60,843 bases of DNA, filler included, from Candidatus Woesearchaeota archaeon CG1_02_57_44 (GCA_001871415.1; 6 parts of 6 records of this genome joined end to end with filler, not necessarily neighbours in it), one strand, 5' to 3'; positions 48,413 to 58,622 are shown, numbered from the whole stretch's first letter. Notes: generated by a model not told the origin, from the letters alone. Translations and numbers: made by a program.

Positions 48413-49075
48413 ATGAGCGTCATAGACAGGCCAATAGCATCCAAGGCAATGCCCGCGTCTACCACACCCGCATATCCTGAGCCCGCGCTGCTCACCAGCA
48501 TCGTTAAGCAGGACCTGCAGGCGCGCCAGTACACCATAGCGACCATGCCGACAGCGTATGGCCATCATACCGTCACTCGCCCCTGCTTTGTGGCCACGAA
48601 CGCGCTGCTCGCGCACTGCGGCATCACCGACAAGAACAACAGGCACTGGCAGGTGCACCCCGAGCTGCTCGTGTTCGCGCCCGGGGAGATGTGCGCGCAT
48701 GTGCTCGATCTGTATTCGTTCAGGACCTGCGCCAGCTACCTTGACAATCAACCCGTGCAGGGCATCCTGGCCATGGCAGGCCATAACATGACTGACGACT
48801 ACTGCGCCATGATGCTCGACAGGGGCCATACCATCGGGCTCGCCGCCTCCGAGCAGTTCCGTAAAGGCATCACGCCTGACCTGCGCGGACTGCTCATCTA
48901 TCCGGGCACGTGCGAAGGCGCTGTCGCATGCGCTTTCCCCGGGGACGGGCGAACGACCTATCAGCGGCAGGGCATGACCTATACCGGCGATATGGCAGCA
49001 ATCACCGGGCACAGCAATGTCGAAACTATCGCAGCCATGCTCGCTGACGCGTGGCTGCAGGCGTGGGATACGTGA
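48413..49075 (+). CDS. Hypothetical protein
   Basis: 220-aa ORF with TTTTTATA upstream. Confidence 0.6.
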   Translation: MSVIDRPIASKAMPASTTPAYPEPALLTSIVKQDLQARQYTIATMPTAYGHHTVTRPCFVATNALLAHCGITDKNNRHWQVHPELLVFAPGEMCAHVLDLYSFRTCASYLDNQPVQGILAMAGHNMTDDYCAMMLDRGHTIGLAASEQFRKGITPDLRGLLIYPGTCEGAVACAFPGDGRTTYQRQGMTYTGDMAAITGHSNVETIAAMLADAWLQAWDT

Positions 49076-49253
49076 CTACGTATCAGAAGCGCGCAGTCAC
49101 CTTTGCCCCACATCTGCCGCTCTGCAGTGATTCGCAAATGTTGCGGAAAATACCCCTGAACATTTGTTAAACAGTACCGGCTCACCCTGCCGCACGATGG
49201 ATACCGCACAGACAGAAAACTATAAATACTATAGCAACTATATTGACCACAGC

Positions 49254-49454
49254 ATGACCACCATCCAGCTCAGCACGGACGCGAAGGCACTGCTCGGCTC
49301 CTTTGGCACCAAAGACGATACATATGAGGATATCGTCCGGCGCGTCTGCGCCATGGCGGCAAAAGAGCAGCTGCGTCAATTCCTCATGGGCTCAGAGAAC
49401 ACCATCACGCTGGAAGAAGCCAGGCACAGGCACGATGCAACATGGTCGTCATAG
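49254..49454 (+). CDS. Small RHH-type antitoxin
   Basis: MTTIQLS...K..L.SFG.K.DTYEDIVRR; overlaps the downstream toxin; TATA upstream. Confidence 0.7.
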   Translation: MTTIQLSTDAKALLGSFGTKDDTYEDIVRRVCAMAAKEQLRQFLMGSENTITLEEARHRHDATWSS

Positions 49455-49783
49455 AGATTACCGAGAGCCTGTTTGAGGATATAGAAAGGACATTCAAGAA
49501 GGGCGCCACTGAAGTCTTTGATCTCATCGGCACGCTCGCAACCAGCCCAAAGAAAGGCAAACTGCTCGGCAGCGTCGGTGGCATTGTCATCAAGGAGCTC
49601 AAATACCGCAGCTATCGATTCTATTTCATCGCTGATGGATACAAGCTCAAGCTCCTTCGCGCAGAAGACCTGACTGAGCTTCTGCTACGATTCGTGCGCA
49701 TGTCTGATAAAAAGCATCAGCAACAGGTCATTGATGAGATAAAAGCAGTGCTGGTCAACATGGGCGCCCAGGGGTTCAAATAA
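49442..49783 (+). CDS. RelE-like toxin
   Basis: L..SPKKGK.LG, IKELKY.SYRFYFI. Confidence 0.65.
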   Translation: MVVIEITESLFEDIERTFKKGATEVFDLIGTLATSPKKGKLLGSVGGIVIKELKYRSYRFYFIADGYKLKLLRAEDLTELLLRFVRMSDKKHQQQVIDEIKAVLVNMGAQGFK

Positions 49784-49916
49784 CAAAAATCCGCCACTCG
49801 GCGCTAACCGCGGCCTGAAGGCCGCGGTATTACCGCGCCTCGTCATTGCAGGCGGATTTTTGAATTGCAAAGCACGTCCTGAAGGACGGGGTATTCAACC
49901 CCGTGCTTTGCAATAA
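49779..49916 (-). repeat. Dispersed double-palindrome element, copy 2 (inverted)
   Basis: Reverse complement of 44229-44366; its end overlaps the toxin TAA stop. Confidence 0.95.
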
Positions 49917-50177
49917 CACTACAGCTTCCCTATCGCCTCAAGCAGACGACGGTGTCCTTCGACAAGGCGCTGAAATTCCGCTTGCGTCTCTGGTGACAGG
50001 ACCATCGCGCCCTTACCTCTCGNNNNNNNNNNNNNNNNNNNNNNNNNNNNNNNNNNNNNNNNNNNNTTAATTAATTAANNNNNNNNNNNNNNNNNNNNNN
50101 NNNNNNNNNNNNNNNNNNNNNNTCCTGCGCCATCCGACCGCAACAAACATATACCAAAACCAAACTTGGCCACGATA

Positions 50178-51029
50178 ATGGAAACAACTCACGACATCAA
50201 GGAACTTGAAGAGATAGCGCGGCAGCTTCGCGTGCAGACCCTCAAGGTCATCCACCACGCCGGCTCAGGTCATCCGGGCGGCAGCCTGAGCGCGACGGAC
50301 ATGATCAGCGCGCTCTACTTCTCACGCCTCAAGCACAACCCTGATGAACCGCACTGGCCGGGAAGGGACCGGTTCGTGCTGAGCAAAGGGCACTGCTGCC
50401 CTATCCTGTATTGCGCGCTCGCGCGGCAGGGCTACTTCGCGGAGGAAGAGCTCTGGAAGCTGCGCAAGCTTGGCGCGCTCCTGCAGGGCCATCCGCATCC
50501 AAAGATACCCGGCATCGAGACCGCGGCCGGCAGCCTCGGGCAGGGATGCAATGTCGCGCTGGGCATGGCGCTCGCTGTGAAGATAGACGCCAAACAAGAA
50601 GGGATGGACAAAGACCACACACCGAAAGTCTACTGCATGGTCGGCGACGGAGAAAGCCAGGAAGGTTCGCTCTGGGAAGCTATCATGGCAGCAAAGCAAT
50701 TCCACGCCGACAACTTCGTGCTCATCATCGACAACAATCAGGTGCAGCAGACCGGCAAGGTCACGGAGATAATGGACATCGGCCCATTGGCAGACAAGCT
50801 CAAAGCATTCGGCTGGGAATACGCGGAGATAGACGGCAATGACATGGCGCAGGTCATGAACGCGCTCACCGCGGCAGACAATCAGACAGGACCGTTCTGC
50901 ATCATCTCCCACACGCTCAAGGGCAAGGGGGTCAGTTTCATGGAACTCAACAAGGAATTCCACGGCAGGTCGCCGACGGATGAAGAACTTCAAAAAGCTC
51001 TCGTCGAGCTGGGCGAGGTGAGCGCATAA
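50178..51029 (+). CDS. Transketolase N-terminal (TPP-binding) subunit
   Basis: SGHPGGSLS, RDRFVLSKGH, LQGHP, GSLGQG, GDGESQEG, KGKGVSFME. Confidence 0.95.
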   Translation: METTHDIKELEEIARQLRVQTLKVIHHAGSGHPGGSLSATDMISALYFSRLKHNPDEPHWPGRDRFVLSKGHCCPILYCALARQGYFAEEELWKLRKLGALLQGHPHPKIPGIETAAGSLGQGCNVALGMALAVKIDAKQEGMDKDHTPKVYCMVGDGESQEGSLWEAIMAAKQFHADNFVLIIDNNQVQQTGKVTEIMDIGPLADKLKAFGWEYAEIDGNDMAQVMNALTAADNQTGPFCIISHTLKGKGVSFMELNKEFHGRSPTDEELQKALVELGEVSA

Positions 51030-51973
51030 TGTCAAAAGCCACCAGCAAGGCGACACGCGACGGATTCGGCAAGGCGCTGGTCGCGCTCGGCGCCGAGAAC
51101 AAGGACATCGTCGTCCTCGACGCGGACCTGTGCAACAGCACGCGCAGCGAATGGTTCGAGCAGGCGTATCCTGAACGGTTCCTCAACGTGGGCATCGCGG
51201 AGCAGAACATGGTCGGCATCGCCGCCGGCATGGCCCTGTCCGGCAAGACCGCCTTCGCGTGCAGCTTCGCGGGCTTCCTCGTCAATCGCGCGCACGACCA
51301 TATCAGGATATCTGTCTGCTACAACAACGCCGACGTCAAGCTCGTCGGCACGCACGCGGGCATCCAGATAGGAGAGGATGGGCCCACGAACCAGAGCATC
51401 ACGGACATCGCCAGCATGCGCTCGCTTCCGCATATGGTAGTCGTTCAGCCCTGCGACGTGGTCGAGGCGGCAAAAGCGGTCAAGGCAGTAGCGGCGCACA
51501 AGGGCCCCTGCTATCTGCGGCTGACGCGCAACTCGGTCGAGACAACGACCGACGATGCCACGCCCTTTGAGCTGGGCAAAGGCGTCGTGCTGCGGAAAGC
51601 CAAGGCAGGGGCAGACGGCACGATCGTCACCTTCATGGCATCAGGAGCCACGGTCCCTGAAGCGCTGCACGCCGCTGAGCAGCTCGGTGAGCACGTGGGC
51701 GTCGTCAACATCCACACTATCAAGCCCATCGACGAGGCGCTCATCAAGCTGTGCGCCTCGCATGGACCCATCGTCACTATCGAGGACCATAGCATCTACG
51801 GTGGCCTGGGCTCAGCGGTCGCCGAAGTCGCGGCCAGCATAGGCGGCATCGTGCATCGCATCGGCATCACCGGCTTCGCACAGAGCGGCACGGGCGCCGA
51901 GCTATACGACGCCTATGGCCTGTCGGCGCAGCGCATTGCGGAGCAGGCAAGGAAGCTGATTAAGAAGCAATAA
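51029..51973 (+). CDS. Transketolase C-terminal subunit
   Basis: LDADL, GIAEQNM, GEDGPTNQ, IKPID, EDHS..GGLGS. Confidence 0.95.
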   Translation: MSKATSKATRDGFGKALVALGAENKDIVVLDADLCNSTRSEWFEQAYPERFLNVGIAEQNMVGIAAGMALSGKTAFACSFAGFLVNRAHDHIRISVCYNNADVKLVGTHAGIQIGEDGPTNQSITDIASMRSLPHMVVVQPCDVVEAAKAVKAVAAHKGPCYLRLTRNSVETTTDDATPFELGKGVVLRKAKAGADGTIVTFMASGATVPEALHAAEQLGEHVGVVNIHTIKPIDEALIKLCASHGPIVTIEDHSIYGGLGSAVAEVAASIGGIVHRIGITGFAQSGTGAELYDAYGLSAQRIAEQARKLIKKQ

Positions 51974-52006
51974 TCGTATCAGGACAACCCATCAACGTGC
52001 GTAACC

Positions 52007-52630
52007 ATGGACACCGCGACCCACGATAAGACGCAGGCGCTCATCACGCAGAGCAGCGAGGCCATCAAGAGCGTGGCTTCGCTCGAAGAGGAGCTGCTCA
52101 TCGCGGCCGAGGCCATGAAGGACTGCCTGGCGTCAGGAGGCAAGATTCTCGCCTGCGGCAACGGCGGCTCAGCCAGCCAATGCCAGCACTTCGCGGCAGA
52201 GCTTATCGGCAGGTTCGAGAAAGAGAGAGCGGGATTGGGCGCTATCGCGCTCACCAGCGACGGAGCCACATTGACCGCCTGGTCGAATGATTATGATTTC
52301 TCCACGGTGTTCTCACGACAGGTAGAGGCGCTGGGACGGCCCGGAGATGTGCTGCTGGCATTATCCACCAGCGGCAACAGCACGAACGTGCTCGCCGCGG
52401 TCGACGCCGCCAAGACACAGGGGATGCTCACCATAGGCCTGTGCGGGCCCTCCGGCAAGGGCAAGCTGGAAGGAGCGTGCGAAGTCGCCCTGTGCGTGCC
52501 CGCCGATGCGACACCGCGCATCCAGGAAGCGCACCTGCTCATCATCCACCTGCTGTGCGGCCTTGTCGAGGACGGCATCATGGGCGCAGCGGACGACGGT
52601 AGAACCAAAACCGATCGACCGGAGGCATAG
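52007..52630 (+). CDS. gmhA: Sedoheptulose-7-phosphate isomerase
   Basis: CGNGGSA...QHFAAEL.GRF, NDY, FSRQVEA, STSGNS, RIQEAH. Confidence 0.95.
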   Translation: MDTATHDKTQALITQSSEAIKSVASLEEELLIAAEAMKDCLASGGKILACGNGGSASQCQHFAAELIGRFEKERAGLGAIALTSDGATLTAWSNDYDFSTVFSRQVEALGRPGDVLLALSTSGNSTNVLAAVDAAKTQGMLTIGLCGPSGKGKLEGACEVALCVPADATPRIQEAHLLIIHLLCGLVEDGIMGAADDGRTKTDRPEA

Positions 52631-52633
52631 CAG

Positions 52634-54043
52634 ATGTCCGTCACCAAGTTCTCCAATCAGAAGATCCTGGTCATCGGCGATATCATGCTAGATAGATATA
52701 TCATGGGGAACATCACAAGAATCTCCCCTGAAGCGCCCGTACCTATCGTGCATGTGCAGGAAGAGAAGGCGTACCCGGGCGGCGCGGCCAATGTCGCGCA
52801 CAACATCGTCACCATGGGCGGCATGGCGCTGCTCATCGGCGTATGCGGCGCTGATCCTGCCGGCAAGCAGCTTGAGCACGCGCTTGACACCGCAGGCATA
52901 CAGGCAGCGCTCATCCATGATGGCTCCACGGTGCAGAAGGTGCGCGTGGTCTCGCATCAGCATCACATCGTCCGGCTCGACTATGAGGACAAGCGCACCC
53001 TGTCCGACGACGCGCAGGCACGGCTCCTCAGCGCCATCGAGCAGCACCTCCCTGACTGCAGCGGCATCATCATCTCCGACTATGCGAAAGGATGCATCAC
53101 TACGCAGGTCATGGACGCGCTTCGCCAGCACGCCGCAGGAAAACCTATCATCATCGACCCAAAGCCCGCCAACAAGGCGCTGTATGCTGGAGCGACGCTC
53201 ATCACGCCCAATGCGGCCGAAGCGGCGAGCATGAGCGGATGCGCCGATATATCCGACGCTGGCCGGGAGCTGGTCGCATCGCTCGGCTCAAGCGTCATCA
53301 TCACCCGCGGCCCCGAGGGTATGAGCATCTTCGAGAAGGGCAAGCGCAGCAAGCAGGTCGATATCCCGACGCAGGCCAAGGCCATCTACGATGTCTCTGG
53401 CGCCGGCGACGCTGTCGTGGCTGCGCTCGCGCTGTGCGTGGCCTCGGCGATGGACCTTCGCGAATCGGCCATCGTGGCCAACCACGCGGGCGGCATCAAG
53501 GTCGGCAAGCCAGGGACCGCGCCCGTCTACCAGCAGGAGCTCGTCGCCGTCATGGAGAAAGAGAACAACAAGGTCAAGACGCTGGAGGCGGTGGCCAAGA
53601 TCACCGAGCGCCTGCGCCAAGAGGGACGACGAGTCGTCACCACGAACGGCTGCTTTGATATCATCCATCCCGGACACATCCACCTGCTCTCGCAGGCACG
53701 CGCCATGGGCGACGTCCTGGTGCTGTTGCTGAATTCCGATGATTCGGTCAGACAGCTCAAGGGCCTTGACCGTCCGATACTCACCGAACGTGAGCGCGCC
53801 GAGGTCTTGTCGGCGCTGACGAGCGTGGATTACATCGTGTTCTTCAATGAACAAGACCCGCGCAAGCCATTGGCGTCCATCAAGCCGCACATCCACGTCA
53901 AAGGAGGCAACTTCGCTGTCGGAGACATAGTGGAACGCGAGATTGTCGAGCGCAACGGCGGCGAGATACGACTGCTCCCGCAGGACGAGGAACTGGACAC
54001 AGAATCGCTCATCCGTCGCGTTGTCAAGAACCATGGCGGATAG
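52634..54043 (+). CDS. hldE: Bifunctional heptose-7-P kinase / heptose-1-P nucleotidyltransferase
   Basis: GDIMLD.Y..G...RISPEAPVP, SDYAKG, DPK, TPN, DVSGAGD; then TNGCFDIIHPGH, LNSDDSV..LKG..RP. Confidence 0.95.
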   Translation: MSVTKFSNQKILVIGDIMLDRYIMGNITRISPEAPVPIVHVQEEKAYPGGAANVAHNIVTMGGMALLIGVCGADPAGKQLEHALDTAGIQAALIHDGSTVQKVRVVSHQHHIVRLDYEDKRTLSDDAQARLLSAIEQHLPDCSGIIISDYAKGCITTQVMDALRQHAAGKPIIIDPKPANKALYAGATLITPNAAEAASMSGCADISDAGRELVASLGSSVIITRGPEGMSIFEKGKRSKQVDIPTQAKAIYDVSGAGDAVVAALALCVASAMDLRESAIVANHAGGIKVGKPGTAPVYQQELVAVMEKENNKVKTLEAVAKITERLRQEGRRVVTTNGCFDIIHPGHIHLLSQARAMGDVLVLLLNSDDSVRQLKGLDRPILTERERAEVLSALTSVDYIVFFNEQDPRKPLASIKPHIHVKGGNFAVGDIVEREIVERNGGEIRLLPQDEELDTESLIRRVVKNHGG

Positions 54044-54074
54044 GCACTACCATCGATATCCCACGGGCGAACGC

Positions 54075-55196
54075 ATGGACACGAACAAACCAGGAAGCAA
54101 GGATGCTGAAGATGTGGACCAGAACAACGCTCCTGTCAACGGCATGCTCGAGCAGATAACCCGCGAGCAGGCGGCGCAGGCAGCGGCACTCGCCCGCCAG
54201 CACGGGCTGGTCGTGGGGTTCACCTCCGGGGTGTTCGATATCCTCCATCGCGGGCATGTGCATTTCCTCTATGACTGCAAGCAGCACTGCGACCTGCTGC
54301 TCGTCGGCGTTAATACCGACAGCAGCGTACGCCGCATCAAAGGCGCGAGCCGGCCTGTGCAGGATGAGCGCTCCCGGTCACTCGTGGTCGCCGCGCTCAA
54401 GCCCGTGGACGGCGTGTTTCTGTTTTCCGAAGAGAACAACAACGAGAACATCACGCAGCTTCGCCCTGACGTATACCTGAAAGCAGGCGACTATGCTGAG
54501 GCGCAGCTGAGCTCCGCGCCGCTTGTTGCCTCGTATGGCGGTAAGACCATCATCATCCCGCATCGCGACAACCTGAGCACGACGGCGCTACTGGAACGAG
54601 CAGCGTTGCTGGGAAGAAGCGCGACGCTGACCATGAAGGCCGGAGCGAAAGATGCGCGGAATAACGCTCTCTTCATCGACCGCGACGGCACGCTCATCGA
54701 GAGCATCGATCACCTGCACGAGCCCGAGAAGGTCACGATCAGAGACGGGGCCAAAGAGGCATTGCTCTCCCTGCAGAAAGACTATCGGCTGGTACTGGTC
54801 ACAAACCAGATGGGCATCGGCATCGGACACTTCACGGTAGAGGAGTATTATTCCGTCACCCGCCAGATGCTGCGCCTGCTCGACGGCGTCATATTCGACA
54901 AGCTCTATTTCTGCCCTCACTCGCTCAAGGAGGATTGCGATTGCAGAAAGCCAAAGCCAGGCATGCTGCTTCGGGCGGCCGATGAACTCGGCATCGACCT
55001 TGCGTCGTCGTGGATGATAGGGGATTCCACAGCGGACATCTCCGCCGGCAAGGCAGCTGGATGCAGGACCATCGGACTGGGAATAGACGGTGGCGACGCC
55101 ATTGCCGCATCGTGGAAGGATGTCGCTTCTCTCATCGCTTCTGTAGGATCCCCGCAGGGTCAGCAGAAGGACACAACACACCATGACACGCATTGA
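54075..55196 (+). CDS. gmhB: HldC-like nucleotidyltransferase fused to GmhB heptose-1,7-bisphosphate phosphatase
   Basis: FTSGVFDILHRGH, GVNTDSSV..KG..RP, LSTTALLER; then FIDRDGT, VTNQ.G, CPH...CDCRKPKPGM, MIGD; alternative start at 54033. Confidence 0.9.
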   Translation: MDTNKPGSKDAEDVDQNNAPVNGMLEQITREQAAQAAALARQHGLVVGFTSGVFDILHRGHVHFLYDCKQHCDLLLVGVNTDSSVRRIKGASRPVQDERSRSLVVAALKPVDGVFLFSEENNNENITQLRPDVYLKAGDYAEAQLSSAPLVASYGGKTIIIPHRDNLSTTALLERAALLGRSATLTMKAGAKDARNNALFIDRDGTLIESIDHLHEPEKVTIRDGAKEALLSLQKDYRLVLVTNQMGIGIGHFTVEEYYSVTRQMLRLLDGVIFDKLYFCPHSLKEDCDCRKPKPGMLLRAADELGIDLASSWMIGDSTADISAGKAAGCRTIGLGIDGGDAIAASWKDVASLIASVGSPQGQQKDTTHHDTH

Positions 55197-55217
55197 GCCA
55201 GCCGTGGGGGAGGGCGC

Positions 55218-55433
55218 ATGAGCGCGCCGGCCACCTCCTGGCTCACCGGGATGCGCCATGGCATAGACCCTGACCTCTCCCGGATACGGGCAATCGTCGC
55301 TGCACTAGGGCATCCTGAACTAGCCTATCCGACCGCGCATGTGGGCGGAACGAACGGCAAGGGCTCGACGTGCGCGATGCTCGCCGCCGCGCTTCGCGCT
55401 GACGGGCGCAAGGTCGGGCTGATGACCTCGCCG
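55218..55433 (+). CDS. folC: Folylpolyglutamate synthase, 3'-truncated by contig end
   Basis: LGHPE, HVGGTNGKGST, KVGL.TSP. Confidence 0.85.
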
Positions 55434-55869
55434 NNNNNNNNNNNNNNNNNNNNNNNNNNNNNNNNNNNNNNNNNNNNTTAATTAATTAANNNNNNNNNNN
55501 NNNNNNNNNNNNNNNNNNNNNNNNNNNNNNNNNATACTGCTGTTGAACCTCTGCCCGGTGAGCTTGAGGCAGCATTGGCCAGCAATGGTGATGGGGGTCC
55601 CTGGCACACACTGGATGTGATAGCGAAGGCAGCACAGACAGTAGTTGGCAAAGAATCGTATGACCTGACTGCCGGGACTGGGCAATATGCCCGGTAAGGG
55701 GTTGCTACTACATCTCCTCTTGCGTTCCTGGTTCTTCTCCTTGTGGACCTCAGTAGTGGTTCTGCTCTACCCGTAGATTAGACTATGGCCTGTCAGGGAC
55801 ACCCTGCACTGGAAATTATCCGGCAGATCAGGCGCAAACCAGATTAATCCTGCATGATTCCTGTCCTTG

Positions 55870-57018
55870 ATGAGCAGACCTTCTGGTGTCTGGGATGTGC
55901 TTGAGCCGATCGCAACAGACGCGGGCATAGCGCTACCGGCGAACAGGGACTTTGCTGTTAGTGACATCATCCAAGACCTTGAAGGCCGTGGCAGGGTGAA
56001 GCGGTTTGCCTATGATCCTGCGTTGACACGGCCGCAGCGCTATGAAGCATTGGTGATGGCGGTGCAATATCTTTCCCGCAACGCCGCGCTGATCATCGAC
56101 GCTGATGATCTGCTTCCTGATGCCGCTGACAGGCAGACTGGCGCAGACCCTGAGCATCTGTTTGGATTTCGCGACAGCAGGACACCCGGCCAGTATCAGC
56201 ACGCAGGTCCCATGATCTCGCTGAACAATCCCTTCAACCGCCATCGTAATCCGAGGGGCACTGTGACAGAACTGATGGGACAGGCGATTGTTGGCAATCT
56301 TGAGCAGCTGCTCACCCGAGAAGTCATCGGGTATTGCTGGAAGCGCGCCAATAATCAGGAGCTATTGACGGTCAGGCCCACGGACCTGATGATGGGTCTT
56401 GGGCTCATCGGGCAGCCGCCTCCTGATGCGGTCACACCACAATTCCCCAAAGGGCCTGGTGGTGCGCTGCTATGGAACGTGCCAAGCCTGAGTGGTTCAG
56501 CACCTGCCTCCAGCGCGCACCTTCGCCATGACATTGAGTTCAATCTCTATCCAAGCAGGACTCCTGCTGACTGGGTGTCCTTGACGAGCACGCATAACTG
56601 CCGCAAGATGGAGTACAAGGCCAGCCGGCGCGTCTATGTCGCTGGGCAATCGCATACCTGGGGCAGAGGGTCTGAGACAGAGACGCCCTGCTGCTTCCAT
56701 ACCATCGCTGCCTACTATGGCGCGATGCGGTATCACGCTGACCATGGATCCCCATTGAAGGCCAACCCCTTCCTCATCCTGTCTGACAATGTGCAGCGCT
56801 TCTATCGCAATCTTGATCGGGTGCTGTACACCACGACACCGTGTCCCGGTCGTGCTGAACGAAGGACGCTGCGGCAAGTGGAGAAGGATATGCTGACCAT
56901 GGCGCGCATCGGTCTTGACGCACGATGGTCTCTGACCCACGGGCAGGATTTGCTGCCACGACTGTTCTATGCAGAGACTGATGCCCTCCCCCTGCGGCCT
57001 GCGCTGTCGACTCGATGA
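55870..57018 (+). CDS. Hypothetical protein with possible SWIM-like Zn finger
   Basis: THNC-x(n)-CCFHTIA spacing resembles the SWIM CxC..CxH motif. Confidence 0.55.
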   Translation: MSRPSGVWDVLEPIATDAGIALPANRDFAVSDIIQDLEGRGRVKRFAYDPALTRPQRYEALVMAVQYLSRNAALIIDADDLLPDAADRQTGADPEHLFGFRDSRTPGQYQHAGPMISLNNPFNRHRNPRGTVTELMGQAIVGNLEQLLTREVIGYCWKRANNQELLTVRPTDLMMGLGLIGQPPPDAVTPQFPKGPGGALLWNVPSLSGSAPASSAHLRHDIEFNLYPSRTPADWVSLTSTHNCRKMEYKASRRVYVAGQSHTWGRGSETETPCCFHTIAAYYGAMRYHADHGSPLKANPFLILSDNVQRFYRNLDRVLYTTTPCPGRAERRTLRQVEKDMLTMARIGLDARWSLTHGQDLLPRLFYAETDALPLRPALSTR

Positions 57019-57137
57019 TGTCACGGCCTTGGCGCTCGCAGGTCTTGTCTCTGTCTGTTCCGGTCTGCTGGCGCCTCTGATGCCGTACGGCAAATCACCG
57101 AGGGACAACCTTATTAAGGAGCAGGACTGAAAACCTA

Positions 57138-58622
57138 GTGGTGATATCATTGGCCAGCATTCCTGCACATCCATCGCGCATCGCATCCAGTTCTGTCTTG
57201 CCTGTTGCTTTTCTCTGCCTCCTGCTATTGGCTGCCTGCTCCAAGGCACCCACCGTGGGCACGGGTCCGGTTGTCGAGCAACCGGATGGTGTCGTTGGTA
57301 CAGAGCTGCCTTACGCCACTGTCCCCAGTGGCACAGGCGCGACGCGCCTCGGTGATGATGCAAGCGGTGATGCTGCGGGCGATGATACTTCTGTTGATAC
57401 GACCTCCACCGCAGCATCTGGATCAATGGCGCGTCCCACGGTGACTGTCCTGGTCGGCGCGCATAACCTGCCTATTGACAAGAGTGGCGTTGTGCTCACG
57501 GCAACGCTTTCGTTGGGTGACACCAGCGCTGAAAAGACGTTTGACCTTGCGGGTCTCGCGCGCTCAGCAGAGCTGTTGCCTTTGATGAGCACTGAGGCGG
57601 ATGATGACTCGGTGCTCACGGTGCGGCTCTCGTATGGCAGCGTTTTTCAGTCCGGCGCTGAACAGCGCACTGTTGTTTCGCAGGACGCACTGTCTGTGCC
57701 CCTTCACCTTCAGCAATATCAGTCAACTGGCAATGATGCTTCCTCTCCTGCGCTCAATTACACTATTGTCCTGGATTTTGATGTGGGTGGGTCTCTGCAT
57801 CGCTATAGCAATGCCTACAGCGTCGGTCCCAGCGTCACGGCAACATTGCTCGCCGATACGGGCGGCAAGTACATCACGGGCACCAGGAGCCTTCCTGGGC
57901 AAGGACTTCATACAGACCTGCTCAGCCTTGCTGCGCCTGATATATCCGCGTCAGCTGCCCCGAGCGCGGCAGCGGCAAACCAATCAACAATTGACGCTGC
58001 AAGCGGCGCAAACAACAGCTTCAACACGAGCGTGGTGAATGGTAGTGCTATTAACACGAGCGCGGAATCCTTGCCTCCCGTCCAGAACACCACTGCTGAT
58101 CAGGGTGAGCAGCAGACGGTCACGGTCAAGAGCACGATGGAGCCAGTGGATCTCTTCAGATTCTCAGGGCTGAGCAGCTTTGCTTACACGGTCAGCACCA
58201 TGGGTGTCGCGGACAGCGATGCGCTCGCAACGACCACTGTTTATAGTGATACTTACAATAGCAAAGACGCATGGCATCTTATCACTGAAGTCGTGTCTGA
58301 GACCTCGACGAGCAAGACCGACATGCACGTGCGAAAGGACAATCTGAAATGCCTCAGGTCATCGACTACGGTCACGGCATATGGCCAGACGGTTTCAGCG
58401 GGCAGCAGTTGCCCGGAATATGGGCCATACAGCGGCAGGTCTGAATCATTGACAGCAGAGGTCTCGGAGATGGTGAATGTCCCCTATGGGTCATACTCCG
58501 CTGTCCGGTATCGCGGTGACAGTTCCGTGTACTGGAAGAGCGCGGATGTCCCCCTGCCGGTCAAGTACCTTGTCACGACCGGCATGAGCATCAGCACCTT
58601 CGAGCTGAAGGCCAAGAGCTGA
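57138..58622 (+). CDS. Putative lipoprotein/surface protein (DUF4382-like segment, Ser/Thr linkers)
   Basis: Hydrophobic signal ending LLLLAAC lipobox; IVLDFDVGGSL; many N-x-S/T sequons in the linker. Confidence 0.65.
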   Translation: MVISLASIPAHPSRIASSSVLPVAFLCLLLLAACSKAPTVGTGPVVEQPDGVVGTELPYATVPSGTGATRLGDDASGDAAGDDTSVDTTSTAASGSMARPTVTVLVGAHNLPIDKSGVVLTATLSLGDTSAEKTFDLAGLARSAELLPLMSTEADDDSVLTVRLSYGSVFQSGAEQRTVVSQDALSVPLHLQQYQSTGNDASSPALNYTIVLDFDVGGSLHRYSNAYSVGPSVTATLLADTGGKYITGTRSLPGQGLHTDLLSLAAPDISASAAPSAAAANQSTIDAASGANNSFNTSVVNGSAINTSAESLPPVQNTTADQGEQQTVTVKSTMEPVDLFRFSGLSSFAYTVSTMGVADSDALATTTVYSDTYNSKDAWHLITEVVSETSTSKTDMHVRKDNLKCLRSSTTVTAYGQTVSAGSSCPEYGPYSGRSESLTAEVSEMVNVPYGSYSAVRYRGDSSVYWKSADVPLPVKYLVTTGMSISTFELKAKS

